This document shows, piece after piece, positions 61,750-64,000 of a stretch of DNA of 64,000 nucleotides. A program made the position numbers and the translations under genes. The notes under the pieces were generated by a model. The model did no database searches. It saw nothing but the letters and a program-made list of their open reading frames with translations, and was not told the origin of the DNA. The stretch lies in the NCBI GenBank assembly GCA_963830365.1, contig CAWHMU010000042.1, positions 111,250 through 175,249 of the forward strand. Reading direction: 5' to 3'. The DNA comes from an uncultured Chlamydiae bacterium. GTDB taxonomy: Bacteria > Chlamydiota > Chlamydiia > Chlamydiales > Parachlamydiaceae. Every line of letters begins with the position of its first letter. Within the stretch, counting starts at the first letter, position 1.

Positions 61750-61891
61750 GATGCGGACAGCATGGAAGGAGCGAGAAGCCGGAACCAGCGAAACCTGCGT
61801 CGCAGTTTCACTTCTTACGTCCCCGAACAATCCAGAAACCGCTCCTGGCCCCAGGCGCCAGAGGGGTGATATAAGCGACAATCCTCCCTGT

Positions 61892-62473
61892 ATGCATCCC
61901 TGGCACGACGTCTACGTCGACGACCACCTCGAATCGGCAAGACCTTCCCGTCGTCATCGAAGTGCCGATGGGCAGCAAGAACAAGTACGAGCTCGACAAG
62001 GAGATCCGGGCTGCTGCGGCTGGACCGCGTGCTGTACAGCGCGGTCTACTACCCGGCCAATTACGGCTTCGTGCCCCGCACCTTCTGCGACGACGGCGAC
62101 CCGCTCGACGCGCTGGTCCTCGGGCAGGAGCCGGTGCACCCGCTGACCGTCGTGCGGCGCCGCGCGCCATCGGCGTGATGCGGATGCGCGACGACAAGGG
62201 CATCGACGACAAGATCATCGCCGTCAGCGCCCGACCCGCGTCTTCCAGACTACGACCAAGCGCACCCAGCTGCCCGACCACACGCTGCGCGAGATCCAGC
62301 GCTTCTTCGAGGACTACAAGGTGCTCGAGAACAAGCAGGTCGTCGTCGAGGACATGCACGAGCCCGACGACGCGCTCACCATCTTACGCGACGCCCTCGT
62401 TATGTATCGCCAGCTGCGCCGGGGCGAGCTCTCCAAGGACGAGCGGCGCCGCCCTTGCCGGCGCAGCCGCTAG
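61892..62473 (+). CDS. ppa: Inorganic pyrophosphatase (frameshifted)
   Basis: [51 protein letters not shown] across frames. Confidence 0.85.
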
Positions 62474-63611
62474 GGGCCGGTGAGCTGCCGAATGAGGTCT
62501 GCTTCCTCGTTATCGTACGGCGTCCCGTCGGGGTATAGGACGTCGTGGAACCAGGGATTCGGCGTTGGCGGAGTCCATCGGAACGAAGAACCCCAGCTGT
62601 AAATCGTCTGCGACCGGCCGCTGACGAGCCCCCAGTTGTAGGCGCCGACGCCCGCTTGGTCGAAGATGGGCAAGACCCCCTGGAAGGTGCTCCCAGCCGA
62701 ACGAGCCATGTACTCGGTGCAGAGCAGCGGCCGACCGTATCGTTGCAGGTCCGCGACCTGGTCGGTGACCAGCTCGGGCGGGTCGTAGCTGTGGAAGCTC
62801 AGGACGTCGGATTCGGTGATCGACGAACTTCATGGGGGACAAGCCAGCGGGGTTCCCCCACTCCGCCTTCCCCTGCCAAACTCCTGCCGTGATGGGCTGC
62901 ATCGGATTGACCGACCGCGCCCAGACGAAGGCCTTACGAAGCAAGGCCACCGCAGCCGCCGCCTTCGTGTCGGGGCGCAGCTCGACATCCGCGTAGGACA
63001 AGATGTTGGGATTGTCGGGCTCGTTGAACAGGTCCCAGACCAGGACGCGAGGGTCCCGCCGAAACCGCCGAATCACCCCTTTGACGTAGGGCTCGAGCTC
63101 GTCGTGACGCTCTAGGTTACCCAAGATTTCGACGCCAGGGCTTTGAACCCATTGAGAATTATGAACATGCGGAGTCCGCTCGGGCTGAGCGCCGGCGACG
63201 GGAACCGGGTTCCAAACCCCGTCGAACAAGACCAGCATCACCGAGATTCCGTGCCGCTCCGCCACGGCCAGAAACCGATCGACTCCCGCCCAAGGAAGGC
63301 CTCCGGGTCTTCCTTCCAAAGCAGGTCATGAAGAAAGACGCGCGTCGTGTTGAAGCCGAGCCCGGCCGCCCAGCCCAGCTCCCGGTCGATTGTCGCTTCG
63401 TCGTAGGTATCCGCCTGCCACATTTCGAGCTGGTTGATCGCCGTGCTCGGCACGAAGTTGGCGCCCACCGGCCAAGGCTGAGCGGCGTACCAAGCGTCCG
63501 CCTGGGCCTCGGTCCAGCGCTCTCGCGGTCTGGATTGCGGCTCCATTCCGCACAGGAGCTGAGCAGACTGACCCCCAGAAGCAGGGGCCACCTCAGAATG
63601 CGTAGCTTCAT
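62470..63611 (-). CDS. Secreted GH5-like glycoside hydrolase (frameshifted)
   Basis: GANFVPSTAINQLEMWQ, RVFLHDLLW, WDLFNEP, CTEYMAR, WFHD. Confidence 0.8.
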
Positions 63612-63700
63612 GGAATTCGCATACCATCCAGCGCTTGCCATGTCCTAACTGCTTGATAAGGTGGCGGACCCGTTAGAGAACATTCCTTTTGGAGGGGCAC

Positions 63701-64000
63701 ATGCAGAAAGCAAGCTGGGTACTTTTGTTGGCTGTCAGCCTAATGCTGACCGCAGGTTGTAAAAAAGACGAACTTAGGGCAAAAGACGCCCGAATCGCAG
63801 AGCTGGAGGCGTCGGGGCAGGCGACAGGCACCTCGCCCTCGAGCAATGCAAGAAGGACAAAGCCAATCTCGACAAGCTCGTGAAGGGTTACACCGGCGAG
63901 ATCAATGCCATGGAGGCCGCGCTGGCCGAGGCCGCCGCACGTCAAGCGCGCGCCGCCAAGCGCCTCGCCGAATACAACTCGATGCTCAAGCAGCTCAAGT
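63701..64000 (+). CDS. Lipoprotein with coiled coil (possibly OmpA/MotB N-terminus), truncated by the window end
   Basis: Lipobox LTAGC followed by a coiled-coil-like segment; frameshifted. Confidence 0.55.

Noticed and set aside
49573..64000. Genuine high-GC genomic island in a chlamydial genome
   Set aside because: No mobility genes or att sites, both flanking genes are truncated, and the error profile differs; a chimera is more parsimonious.

Overview
This window appears to join two unrelated genomes. Positions 1 to ~49,572 look like an environmental Chlamydiae (Parachlamydiales-like) chromosome. Core genes include rpsD, murJ, a LOG-family protein, MYG1, HIT, yicC-gmk-rpoZ-like-metG, suhB, mtaB, glgB and ligA. 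The segment is unusually rich in non-coding structure: (i) an ISL3 inserted into an identical copy of itself, each with an 8-bp target duplication; (ii) a ~2.2-kb array of 155-185-bp hairpin units that encloses a GxxExxY (PD-(D/E)XK-like) gene, with some units still encoding a decayed GxxExxY N-terminus; (iii) a four-helix-bundle pseudogene between inverted 9-mer arms, plus several empty arm pairs elsewhere; (iv) a 487-bp MITE with a 9-bp TSD; (v) a Tn3-family remnant carrying an AT-rich EEP-fold gene; and (vi) a possible oriC-like intergenic region. At ~49,572 an autotransporter gene is fused abruptly to a PEP-synthase fragment, and the sequence becomes much more GC-rich and frameshift-prone (Myxococcota-like by impression). 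This second segment carries an expanded CP-ATP-grasp / alpha-E / transglutaminase / DUF2126 / Anbu peptide-ligation locus with an unusual NTN-amidotransferase-transglutaminase fusion. The best candidate for an undescribed system is the GxxExxY nuclease-repeat cassette. All assignments are by-eye motif recognition; no searches were run.
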